From Paraspadella gotoi (taxonomy: Eukaryota > Animalia > Chaetognatha), in NCBI GenBank assembly GCA_051294375.1, contig CM119264.1, forward strand, positions 14,043,323 to 14,107,322: a DNA stretch of 64,000 nucleotides, written 5' to 3'. Shown in pieces: positions 30,931 through 43,820 of the stretch. Positions within the stretch are counted from its first letter, which is position 1. Every line of letters starts with the position of its first letter. Position numbers and translations under genes: made by a program. The notes beneath the pieces are model-generated. The model had not been told where the DNA came from and did not search any database. It worked only from the letters and a program-made list of their open reading frames with translations.

Positions 30931-33900
30931 ATGGCGCGGCCTCTCTCCGCGTCTCTCACCTCGCCATTCGCCCTTTGTTGGGGGGCGTCTCGGTTGACGA
31001 CGAGTTGGACCTTCATCCTTCTCGCAATGGGTATACAGACTTGGCCGCGACTCGTTGTCCGGTCTCAGGAGTACGGATCGCCCTCATCCTCCTCGTACTA
31101 CTACTCCAAATCGTCCGAGGTCCAGTTCCCCCAGCACGACCGCTGCGAACCCATCACCATTCCCTTGTGCAACGACATTCAGTACAACATGACCATCATG
31201 CCTAATCTTCTCAATCACCAGAAGCAAGAGGACGCCGGACTCGAGGTCCACCAGTTCTTTCCACTTGTGAAAGTCCAGTGCAGCAAGGACCTAAAGTTCT
31301 TTCTCTGCAGCATGTACGCCCCAGTGTGCACCGTTCTAGACAACCCCATTCCCCCTTGCCGCAAACTCTGCGTCTCCGCTCGCAACGGCTGCGAGAGTCT
31401 CATGAACAAGTTCGGCTTCCAATGGCCCGAGAGCCTCCGATGCGAGAACTTCCCCGAGCAGGGTCTCTGCGTCGGCGAGAACTCTTCGGAACCCGTGGAG
31501 CCGACGCCATCGACGTGGCCTTCCCAGTCACCAGTCCACAATCGCAGCGTTGAGTTCGAGTGCCCCCTAGCTTTTGCTGCGTCGCCAGAGCTCGGCTACA
31601 AACTCGACGTGGGTCCCGGAGGCCCAACGAGGGACTGCGCGGCCCCGTGCGACCGCATGTTCTTCAGTGACAAGGAGCGGACCATTCTCAAATACTGGAT
31701 TTTCTTCTGGTCCGTGGTCTGCGCCGCGTCGACGCTTTTCACCGTCCTCACCTTCCTCGTGCACACCTCTCGATTCCAGTATCCCGAGCGGCCCATCATC
31801 TTCCTCTCGGGCTGCTACTTTATGGTCGCCGTCACCTACGTCGTCGGATTCGCCGTTGGAGACGAAGTCGCCTGCCGTGAACCTTTTCGTCAGAACGGAG
31901 AGCCAGCCGTTCATGGGGTAAGCTCCTTGGTTACTGGTTAGAAATTGTTCGGTAATAATTTTACTTGGGCTACTTTCGGTTCTTCGTTAGAATGATCTGA
32001 AAATTTATTAAACCTTGTACAGAAAGCTTCATATTATAAAATGAAGTACCCCTTTTTTGTGACCAGAGCACGCTCCGAGAAAACTAATGGACCAAATTTA
32101 TTGAAATTTAGTAAGAATAGTACAAATAGAACTATCGAGGCGAATTTCAATATTTGACCCTTCAGCCGAGATATGGGGTCACCCTAAGGCCCTTAGGGGG
32201 AAAAAATGATTAAAATTTGTTTTCAAATTTTGAATTTTTTCATTAATTTTGTTTTGAAGTGTCAAAAACATTTACTTTTCCACAAAAACGTATTTATTAC
32301 CACAAAAATATTGGTTTACCTTAATTCTAGTCAGTTTTAGAATAATTTGGCAAAATTGGAAGTAAAACGATGAGCCATGCATCTTCAAACAATGCTTAAT
32401 TATTAAAAAATTATCAATTTTAGTTATAAAATGTGTTGGTTTTTTTTTTGTTTAAAACTTCAATGCACCTGATGCTAATAAAAAATTTCAAAAAAATGGC
32501 CAAAAAATTTTTAAGTTTTTTTTGCCCCCCCAGGGGTCCACCGAGGGCCCTGTATCTCTTGTCAGGGGTTGAATATCAAAATTCGCCTCGATAGTTCCAT
32601 TTATATTGTCATTAGCACTCTTAAAAGTAAAATTTCATGAAATTCGATCAGGGAGTTTGGTAGGAATAGATTCTGGTCACAAAAAAGGGGTACTTCATTT
32701 TATAATATGAAGCCTTATTTAATCGTCTCCAAATAAGGCAAAATTTGAATAGTATCTAGCTCATGGTATCTAGTAAAGGTATAAAGAAATTTTTGCTGGT
32801 TAAATCCATTCAAAGACAGATGGGTCATTTTGATTTTGATTTTGATTTTTTGCTATCTCGTGCGTTTTGCGCGTTTTTTAAATTTTTAGACGCCTTTGAT
32901 GAGTTCACCCCGCCTATAAGCATGACACCTTCAGTTCATTGAGTAAAGCCATCAGCTCATGAACACTAGGTAACGGGTTCAATCCCAACCCGGTACCTAC
33001 CCTGCGAGAAGCGTGAGGACGGCCGTAAACCGCCTTGCGGCGTGGAAAACCCTCTAGCCTGGCTTAAAAGTCTTTAGTAGTCTTTAGCCCACTAAACGCT
33101 TTATACACAAGTATTTTAAAGGTTTTTATGGTTGGATGATAAAAATTATTTGGTGAACGTTGAAAATAGAATACATATGATCCAAAAATCTATCATAAGA
33201 AGGCAAACTCCCACTTTTTGGGATAAATTTATTTTTATTTTTATCAAAAAAAAACAAAAACTCACTGATTAATGTATATTGTCGATTTTATTATTACGTA
33301 TTATTGTCAAAAATCCTTTCAAATAGTTCTCTCTACCCATCGCCATTTTGGCAAATAAGCATAACATCCCTGCTTGTGTGGTAATTTTGGTGAGCAGGAA
33401 AAATAGTATAAATTATCTTAAATGCCCGCCCTAATTTTGCCCTTAAAAAGTTTGCGTCCTCTCATCGTCAAATTTTTTTTGGAGATGCTCGAAATCATTA
33501 AAACGTCAACCAGAGTTAGACGACCCAGAGGCAACTGGCGATTTCCTTTTTTTGTTTCTACTGGGGCTACAGATCTAGTTTTTATCATTCTCATCTTTCT
33601 GCTGAACTAAAGTAATTTCAATAACCAGTAACCGTTAAAAAAATTACACGAATTTAAATCTCCTTTCTCCACCTTCCTAGTTTTCGGAACAAAACACGTT
33701 CATTGTTTACGTTGGAGTTTTTTGTTTGGTTGTGAATAAGAATGCCTTGGCTTAAATGGGATTTTCGGTTTTATCGATGTTGGGTTGCGAGAAAATCCTT
33801 TTTATTCTGATTTTGATCTGTCAGTTTAAAAAAAATATTAATAAATTATTTGTTTTCCCTCCCTCCAGCTCGCTCAGATGATTTGTGTTGTTTTCTTGTT

Positions 33901-36900
33901 TCTACATGAGAGAAGGGAGATATAGCTAGATAACATATATAGTTAGAGAATGATAATACCTTGTCGTTCAAGGAATGAAATGGTCTAAGTAAGAGAGAGA
34001 GAGAGGGGGAACAGAGGGAGAGAGACAGGGGGATAGAAAATAATAATTCTTTACAACTAAAACTTTTAAAACCAAATAAGTAAAATAAGTGTCAACAATT
34101 AGTAACTAATAAGTTAATGTGAAAGAGAAAAAAGAAATGTGAAAGTGAAAGGATACATTTGGTGCAAGATAGATAAGTTAATATTATTATTATTAAAGTG
34201 AAATATAAGAGTAAAGATAGAGCTCAAAATGAGCTGGCCCCCCTTGGTTAAAAAAAATGAGAGGCTCGGACGATGAGGCCGGGTCATTGACGTGTCATTG
34301 GTTAAGAGGACAACTGAACTGCTTTCACACAAAAACTGTCTATTAATTCACAAATAATATTGACCCTGATGAAGGCTTGCAGCTAAAGCGGAAACATGTA
34401 CAAATAATAATACAAATAAATCGTTTACTCAATTCAAATTTTGCCTTTAATTTAGAGAATGATAATACTTTGTCGTTCAGGGATTAATTATACTCGCAAC
34501 GTGCTGATTGGGTTTACAAATTCCATATTTTCTCCCATTTATTGATTCCTTAATTTTTTCGAGTTTCTCCCTCTCCATTTATCCACCCATGTACTATTTC
34601 ACTCAGTTTTATCATTTGTTCTTTCCCCCTTCTCTCTTCTATGTTTTACCCCCTTTCTCTTTTTGAATCCCGAGGCACAGAAATCCAAGTCGTTTTCGGA
34701 ATCTCGAGAGGCAAACGAGCTCTTCTTTTGAGAGGGATATATTTTGGCACGTTCTGGAATAGTGTACAAGCATCGACCAGTGCCTCCGGCAAAGACTTTA
34801 TTATTACCTGGCGCGCCGCTTGTTTTTAGATACAAAAACTTTCGGTCTAGCCATTTAATAATAATATATTTATAATATATTTATGCTCTTATTTATTTAT
34901 ACGTAGTTAAAAAGTAATTATAATTTTTTTAAATTAATGGTTTATTATTTTACCTAGGTGCGAGTGATTATGCAAGGCACGAAAAAAGAGGGATGCACCG
35001 TCCTCTTCATGATGCTGTATTTCTTCGGCATGGCGTCGTCCATCTGGTGGGTCATTCTCACCTTCACGTGGCTACTTGCGGCTGGGTTCAAGTGGGGCGC
35101 GGAGGCCATAGAAGGCCTGTCCCACTACTTCCATCTCGCTGCGTGGGGTTGGCCCGCCATCAAGACCATCGCCATTCTTACCATGGCCAAGGTAAAGGGT
35201 CTGGTTAGCAGTGATTCTGTTTATTGAAGAATGAAAACTCTTAGACTTCGTCCGTAGTTTGGTTTATTCCCGATTTTTGTTACTTCGCCTCCGGGCGTGA
35301 ACTGTTTTAGCGGGAGGCTTTGAATTCAAGTGATTGGGGAAACCTGGCTCTACCATGATTTCACATATAACTTTCAAATGTTGATTATATATATTATAAA
35401 ATCCTAAATCAGTCTGTTAAATATTATTTAATCTATTGTTTTTAGACGTGTCAAAATTCACCTGATGCGAGACACACGATACGAGTATTGATGCTGTCCG
35501 TCTCTTGGGAAAATCCCAAGCTTCACTGTCTAACAAAAATTCGCTTTAAGTTTTTTTTTTTTTTCAAAAAGTTTTTTTTACTTGAGGCGGGACCTCAACA
35601 TGAAATCGCATAAAAAACTTTAAAAAGTGTAGACTAGGATTAGTATCGTCCCAGAGAAGAGCAATTTCAAGGCGGAATATATATAAAATTATATATTAGG
35701 TTCCCAACTGATGACCTTCCCATTGTATAAACATAAAAGATAAAAAATATTCAAAAAAGAAATAATTAAAAAATGGATAAAGAAAAAATAAAATTTTCAT
35801 TAAAGTATTTTAAAATTATATTCATGACATAAAGGTGCCCCTATAGACCTTTCCCCAGTATGTATCCCTATCAGAACATACAATTCTACATAATAGTCTT
35901 ATCCCTATTGGTAAAAAATCATATCTAACGTTGGTCCCTCAAAAAATTATCCATTCCCACCCCTTTCTGTTCAGCCTCTTAGATATTATGATTTTTCATT
36001 AATGACTTTCTAATAGAAATGATGTGTGATATCTATTAGAAAACTAGGACAGATAGTAATCTAACCTTGTGTTGTATAGATGCTCCCTCTATTTCCAGAA
36101 GACAACACTGACTTCCCCTTCCCAAATTGAATTATTAGATAAATAAAACATTTTTAAAAAAGAAAGCAATATATGTTTGAATAAATAATATAGTTTAAAT
36201 ACTAAATCCTTAATAAAAATATTAAAATATTAAAATAGAAAAATGAAAAATAGTGAAACAAGTAATTTGCAAATTTTCATATATATTCTGTTTTACATTT
36301 TAAAATATATATGTTTATTCATTTTATTTAATTTTCTTTTTTCCCTAAACCTCGCATATATTTCCTATAAATCATTTTTATTTCTCTAATGCTTGGGTTC
36401 TGAGTATAATATGTATTTTTGGGTTGTTTTCAATTGATTCTCTAGTGAAAAATGTTGTAGCGCTTTATAAAAGAGAACGAAGAGAGAAAAAGAAACACTT
36501 CGATTGTCAAATATTGTAAGAGCTAAAGGAGACTAAATTTATTGCAATTTTTTAATAAATTGTGGAAAGAATAACTTATGGGTATAATATGATTTTTTAT
36601 GTTCTTTATATTCTATATATCCGATCTTCTCCATCGCGCGAAGGAAGACGCAAGACGCGCACCCCCTTTTATGGGGCTGTAAATTGTACGTTGCCACATA
36701 TTTATGACTGCACTAAAATGGGCGCGTTTTGAATGATTAAAGAGGACGAGGTTGTTCCTTGGAAATATTAAGTATCGTAATCGAGTGACGGTTATTTTCC
36801 TAAATTATTCTCTCCCCTTCTACGTTCGGAGGCCCTCCGATTTAAAGCCGCAAGTTTTTGTTTACTTGGCGTTTTTTTTGTTCTTGTAAATCTTGTAACC

Positions 36901-39567
36901 TCTTTAACTTACTATTGAAACGTTTTTCTTTTTCTTTTCTAAAGCCCGCGGTTCCTAGCTCTCATCGAATCCCTCGCCAAAGTCGTTAGCTAAAAATTAA
37001 GGACGATTAAGTTAATTTTTTGTACTTTCCCTCCGACCGCGAGAGGGGAATTGCGCTTTTTTTTTTAAGTTTACATATGCCGACTCAATACATCGAAAGA
37101 GCGAAAGATAGAGAATTGTGCGGAACTGGTGAATCCTCTCTCTCTCCCTCCAGTTTCGTTCGCTTTGTTTTTCTATCGAAGGGTAATAAATCCCATGAAA
37201 TGGTTTTTTTCTAAACGTTTATACAGACAACCCGGCCGGAGAGAGATAGGAAAGAGAGGAAGAGAAAGAGAGATTCCCGCGGTAGAAATCATACATCGGA
37301 ATGAATCGCGATGGTTTATTACTAACGGATAAAAAACCTCTCCTTTCACCCCCTTTTATTTTTATTAATATTATTATTTAGGTGGACGGTGACATTTATT
37401 CGGGCGTCTGTTACGTGGGCCTCTACGATGTCGACGCACTCAGGATTTTCGTGTTGGGGCCTCTCTTCGTTTATTTAGTTTTGGTGAGCTTTCTTTTTTG
37501 TCTTTCTTTTTTTACGAATTTTGTCTTTCCTTTATATTCCTTTTTCTTCTAGTTTCACCCTCTCTGCCCAGTTCCCTGTGTCCTTTCATTTTTTGGCCCT
37601 TTTTTCGTATATTTATATATATTTATACCTTTTTTACATCTTTTTTGTTACGGTAATTTTTGCTTTAGACTAAAGTTTAGTATTTAAACCTATTTTTAAC
37701 GATACAGGAGTTAGTTATTCATTTTTTATTTCTTTAAAATTTTAAATGTCTATAAATGTGAAACAAATTTTTGACGATTTGTTTTGTGTGTAATACTGTT
37801 TGCGGCGATGTTTGTCAAGGGAGCAATTTCTCTCCGTCGACGATATTAAAATCATTTAAAATAAAAAAGACCGCAACCCCGACAGGGATAAAGAACCATT
37901 GACCTTCCCATTCTCACGTAATTAACTATAAAATTCTGTACGAATCGAGGGCTATAAAAATCGAAAAATAAAAAAGTCCAGAATTTTTTTCTCGTACGGT
38001 CCTATTCGTCACGTAATTTGGACGCGTTAGTTCCCGCGAAAAGAAGTTAACTCTGAATCTTTTTACATTCGAATAACCCACTTTCTTTCTGATCCTTGCC
38101 AATCAGGGCACCCTTTTCCTCGGGGCGGGCTTTTTCTCCCTGTGCCGAATCCGGACCATTTTGAAGGCGGACGGGATGAAGACGGAAAAGTACGAAAAAC
38201 TAATGGTGCGCATCGGCGTCTTCTCCGTCCTTTATACTGTCCCTGCCGTTTTCGTTATCGTCTGCTATTTCTACGAACAGGTAATTAAATTCTTTCTTCA
38301 CTGTGCGTAACTGCGTATGTTTAACTATTTTAAGAAGAGCCTTTCTTTCATATTTGTCAGAGACAGATTCTAAAAGTTTAATTTAATGTTCATGTTTTTT
38401 CAGAGTTACATGGATTCGTGGATGACGTGGTGGTGGCGTTCGATCTGCGAGCGCCACGCCATTCCATGCCCCCCAAACGACGTCTCGCTTTACCAAAGTC
38501 CGAACTTTACGGCGTTCATGCTCAAGTACCTTATGCTGGTCATTGTCGGCATTACTTCGGGTGAGAGGATTTTTTTGGTGTAGTGAAATTAGAAAAAAGA
38601 TCTGGGCGCGACGTTTGGTTGTACAATTAACATAGAAGCGTGCCTGCTTGAACGGATTTCGGTTTGGGTCGGAAACACTTCAGTCATGAACCACGGCTAG
38701 TGACTTAATCAACATTTACCTTGAATTTTGGTACTGTTCACTGAACACTCATTAGTCGTTTAATCATTAATTTGGCATTATTTTACTTTCGCCGACTGGG
38801 GTTGGGGGGGTTAGGGTTAAGGTAATTAGGTAATAATTATTATTTTTTGAGTAATAAAATTTTCTTATAGTAAAATTTTATTAGTGCTGATTAGGATTTA
38901 GACTTTTTTTATCTCGCCAGATTTTGATTTTGATTCGCCTTTGCTTCTTGGTGACCGTTGTTGTTGTCTCGCTTACTATCGCAAATTGTAAAAGAGTGTA
39001 ATTATAGGAAGCTAAAAAATTAGATATAGCTTCTAATCAGCAAGATCTTTTAGATTCAAATATTCCTACACTCATTTGTTTGTTTTATTTACGAAATAAT
39101 TTTTATATATATAAACGAGTTCAGCTCTGTAGCCTCTGTCCATCAATCAATCAATTACTATTACATCAAATTACTATTACATCAATCAATCAATAATTAT
39201 TATATCAATAATTGTTATTGCATTAATATTTTTTTCCGGATTTTTTTATTAATTTTTTTTGATAGTAAGGTCTGACGAGATCACTTTACTTTTAAGATTT
39301 TTAATAATAATTTAAAAAATTATATTAAAAAAAAAAATTATTTCCTTAACCAGAGGTCAGAGACTCAAAGCTTATTTAGCTACTCTTGAAAAAACCAAGA
39401 TGAATGCATTTTCATGCAGTAGTAAAGTACACTTAGCAAATTACTATGTTTTATCCTTAGGAGCGTGGATTTGGAGTGGTAAGACTTTTCAGTCTTGGAA
39501 AGCCTTTTTCTCTCGCGTCTCCAGTTGTTGCGGAAGAGAAAAATCCAACGTTCCCACCGCCGTGTGA
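30931..39567 (+). CDS. FZD7: Frizzled, FZD1/2/7 subfamily, 6 coding exons
   Basis: Exons 30931-31917, 34958-35191, 37382-37483, 38107-38280, 38404-38560 and 39461-39567. [81 protein letters not shown] (KTxxxW) and C-terminal PTAV. The symbol denotes the FZD1/2/7 ortholog group. Confidence 0.95.
32026..32713. mobile_element. ~690-bp MITE in Frizzled intron 1
   Basis: Perfect ~41-bp TIR gcttcatattataaaatgaagtaccccttttttgtgaccaga with its reverse complement at 32673-32713. Imperfect internal symmetry (gaactatcgaggcgaattt / aaattcgcctcgatagttc). Confidence 0.85.
32925..33070 (+). mobile_element. Degenerate tRNA-derived SINE-like fragment
   Basis: B-box GGGTTCAATCCC at ~32975, followed by a GC-rich body within an AT-rich intron. 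Single copy in the window. Confidence 0.35.
33975..34451 (+). mobile_element. 477-bp hammerhead-bearing insert with 32-bp flanking direct repeats
   Basis: Degenerate core CTGATGA (34366)-aggctt..aagcg-GAAAC-AT-GTA. Internal aagatagagctcaaaatgagctgg...aatgagaggct is shared with 57555-57610. Direct repeats 33943-33974 / 34452-34483 differ at 2 positions. Confidence 0.7.
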
Positions 39568-41545
39568 GGGAAAGCTTTCGGTTACAATGAAACTCGCGCC
39601 AATCCGAATTGAAACAAAATTACATGGTTTTTCGCTCCAGTTTATGAAAACCAACCGATCCTGCCTAAAGATTACGTAGCGACTCTTGCTCTCTTCTCTC
39701 CGCCCGAGACTCCTGTAATTTTGTGGGGTTTTTTTTTCCGAGTATTGGCAAGAAGTGGGGGGGGAACCGTTTCGGTCAATTCGTAAATATAAGCAATTCA
39801 TTTATTGGCAAAAAAATGGATTCAAGTCGTTAACCCTAACAGTTTTTCAGTAAAAACAAATATTCTTGATGTGTTGTAGTGATTGTAGATAAGACGAGTA
39901 TTATCATTATTACATACTTTCTTTTCGCTTTTATTCCTTTTCTTAATTTTTTTATTTCTGACCTTTCATACCGTAACCCAACTTTCTCCCATGACTCATG
40001 ACCCCGTCCAACTCTCTCTCTCTCTCCCTTACAATTTCCCACCTTTCATATTTGCTTTCACGGCACTTATTTTGAATTAACGAAAATCCCTTTCTGTTGC
40101 GAGGTACTTACTGTATTTGTTTTTTCATCTGCATGGTCGTAAATCTATTAAATACAGTCATGTCTGATTACTTAGAAGTAATTTACAATTAGTTCTTTTA
40201 TAACTGCAGTCAATGTGCAGTAACCTTTTCCAACTTTTTATTGTTATTTCACAAAAGTTTTGAGAGAGACATAATCTAAAGAATATATTAAATTACATTG
40301 CTTGGGTTCATGTAAAAAATGTTACTAAAGCGAACGCACAAATATTTTTTTGTCACAAGCAATAAATCCGATACAATCAACGCTTTTAGTTGATTTCAAT
40401 AGTATAATATTGTAAAGGAGATTATGTACTTTTTGATATTATTGCTCACTAAGATTGGATTTTTAATTCTGTACAGAAGTTTGTTTTCGTTGTATGGTTT
40501 GGCAAACTACGTAAATGAATTCGGACTGCTATTTTCTGCTTTGGTTAGTAGTAATTTTAATAGTGATTTAAATTTTGATGGGAAAAGTTTATATGCATAA
40601 TGCTATAAAATAAACTGGTTTTGAGCATCGGTGGACCATACAAATGATCATTGCCATCATAATGCTTCGCATCAAATAAATTAGTAACTTAAATATTTTT
40701 TTCCTTTTTGTTTAAAATAATTGTTTGACTATAGCTATCGCGGAATTTAGCTAATATTAATAATTGTAATAGTATTATATAATTTAGCTGTAAATTAAAG
40801 ATTTTAAATATAGATGAAATACGAATAGTTTTCTCTGATTGAGCAATCCCAACGCGACCGCATTCAAAGTTTTGGTCGGACGAGGGACGAAATTAAAACT
40901 GCTATTTCAGATCAAGCAGATTTCCGTCTCGATTCGCCCTTAAAACATAATTTTTTCTACAAGGTTGTTACAGAGGGATATAAAACTATTTTGACATCCT
41001 ATAATCCAACTAGTGCTCTATATTTTAATAAGAAATTTGGGTTGTACCACGTTGGTAGAAGTAGATATCCTTTCCAGTTTGAGTTTCTAAAATTAGGTTT
41101 GACTCTTAACAAACTCGGTAGATTGTAGACGCCCATGTTGAAATTATATCATCAAAATTCTTGTTTAGCCAAGTTAAAAGCGATAGAACCTTGCTCAGTT
41201 GCTTGAGGCAGTTAGGCTTACAATGTTCTTTTATTTTTATAACTTTGTTCTAAACTTAACACGTTACAAGCCCCAACCACCGACCTCTGAAAGGTTCAGG
41301 TATGTAACAAAAGACCAACGATTTTTGTATATGAACTGTCGAAAGAAAATACGTTTAATAATTGATCGGTAATTTCGGTACTGATTTTGTATAACGTTGA
41401 ATTGTCATTATCATTAGTAATTACTAATTTTTATTACCCATATTAATTTTTTATCTTTACTCAGTAGATGACATTTTGAAATTTAGTAACTTTCCGTTGG
41501 TGCAGAAAGATTTGCATCAACTGTAATGTAATTAATTGGGTTAAT

Positions 41546-41699
41546 TTTATTTTCGCCGACCGGGGTTAGTGGGGGTTAAGGGTGGTTTAGAGGTAGTTTA
41601 GAGTAAGGGGAATTGGATAATAATTTTTTCTTATTTTTTTTAAAAATAAGTTGTTTTTTTTCAAAAGACGCTAAAAAAGTCCGGTAGGCGAAAGTAAAG
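41546..41699. mobile_element. Small MITE-like element (ends ttta[ct]tttcgcc / ggcgaaagtaaa); left-end copies at ~38781 and ~42738
   Basis: Terminal inverted motif plus a shared ggggttag G-rich subterminal tract. Confidence 0.5.
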
Positions 41700-41772
41700 T
41701 TTTGTTAATTAATTTTCATTCCAAGTCTATACTTTATATTATTAAATTTTATATAATTTTAACCTATAAGTA

Positions 41773-43820
41773 GAAGTCTACGTCGTTCTTAGAAATTGAA
41801 GACTTTTTCAATGGAGATTTTTGTTAAAATCTGACTACCAAATAATGTCAACGCCCCCGGGAAAAATTCAGCTAAAAAATAGATGTTAAAACACTCGATT
41901 CCGATCCTGTTGCATCTGAAGGGCTCGCATTTTTTTTCTCTTGACAAATCACCATCATTTTGACATCAAACCATCAGATTCAAATTGACTGGTCCGCTCG
42001 AAAAAATATTTTCGACGCAATTTTTATATATAAAATAAAGGTATTTCTCAACTTCAATACAATGTCAACGCATTTAACATATGTTGTGATTTTACAATAA
42101 ACTTCAAATTCAGGAATCCAATAGCCATATGTCTGAAGGGCTCTCAAAATTTTTCTTTACATTTTATTTGGTTATTTTGATATGATACGATCATGGGAAA
42201 GTGAATTAGTCCATTTTGGTGAAATTTTTATTTAAAGTAAAAGAGGAGCTAACGATCGGAATTCTAAGAGTTTTCAACCGGGAGTCAGATTCGGGAAAAA
42301 TCTTCTATGGCAAAAATCTTTCAAAGAAGGGGTCAATTTTCCGAATATTTTGGTTAATATTTTCTATATTTATGGTAGGATTTTTTTGAAACTTAATATT
42401 AACAATATTGCCATCATTCTACCTTGGCCGGTATAAGAATATATTAAAAAAACTTCTGGCTTTTATTCGTCAGAGCTTAGTCCTACGATAAGTGGTCAAA
42501 TTTTACAACATGAACAAATAAGTAAAGTTAGTGAAACGGAGGTGGAAGACGGAACAAAAGGTAAGGTTAAAAACCAAAGTGAAAGAGGATTTATCGGAAT
42601 GCTGTACCGAATGTAACTGTAAAGGACTAAGTGAAACGTCGATTGAGCATTGCTCATGTTGTTGTAATTGTATAAAGCTTTTAAAGCAAAGAACGAAAGT
42701 GAATACAGAATTACAGATTATATTAAAGTGAGCTAAATTTTACTTTCGCCGACCGCGGTTATGGCGGTTTTTTTTTAAATATTGATTTTTTTGAAAAAAT
42801 TGTGTATTTACTATCTAAGAAAAAAGTATATGACATTTTTAATAAAAGATATCTACTCAAAAACTTATTTGATTTAAAAAAACTATAATGTTTCCGAATT
42901 TACATTGAATTTTTTAAAAATTTTTTTGTAGGTCAAATCATTTAGAAGTTACAGGCAAAAAAATATTGTTACTTCAAATGAAAAATGGCAAAAAAAATCA
43001 TATTTAGTTTTCTACCATTATTGGTATTTATTTGGTTTTATTTTAAATGGAATTATTTTTTTTTTTAATTTGGCAATGCTAAAGGTTTAAAAAAGTATTA
43101 TTATATAGGACTAAGCTCTGACGAACAGAGCCAGAGGTTTTTTTAATAATATTCTTATACCGGCCCAAGGTAGAATGATGGCAATATTGTTAATATTAAG
43201 TTTCAAAAATTCCTACCATAAATAATAGAAAAATTAACGCAAAATCTTTGGAAAATCGACCCTTCTTTGGAAGATTTTCGCCATAGAAGATTTTTTCCCG
43301 AATCTGACTCCCGGTTGAAAACTCTTAGAATTCCGATCGTTAGCTCTCTTTACTTTTACTTTAATAAAAATTTCACCAAAATGGACTAATTCACTTTCCC
43401 ATGATCGTATCATATCAAAATAACCAAATAAAATGTAAAAAAAAATTTTGAGAGCCCTTCAGACATATGGCTATTGGATTCCTGATTTGAAGTTTATTGT
43501 AAAATCATAACATATGTTAAATGCATTGACATTGTATTGAAGTTGAAGAATCCTTTATTTTATATATAAAAATTGCGTCGAAAATATTTTCCTGAGCGGA
43601 CCAGTTCCATTTGAATCTGATGGTTTATGTCAAAATGATGGTTATTTGTCAAGAGAAAAAATATGCGAGCCCTTCAGATGCAACAGGATCGGAATCGAGT
43701 GTTTTTACATCTATTTTTTACCTGAATTTCTCCCAGGGGCTTGACATTATTTTGGTAGTCAGATTTTTAACGAAAATCTCCATTAAAGTCTTCCTCGATT
43801 CTAAGAACGACGTAGACTCC
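41773..43820. mobile_element. ~2.05-kb foldback/MITE-like element with ~710-bp inverted arms, TA-flanked
   Basis: 41776-42486 is the reverse complement of 43106-43818 (agtctacgtcgttcttaga...cttagtccta), with a ~620-bp non-coding spacer. Related fragments at ~45000-45480 and 59540-59660. Confidence 0.85.
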
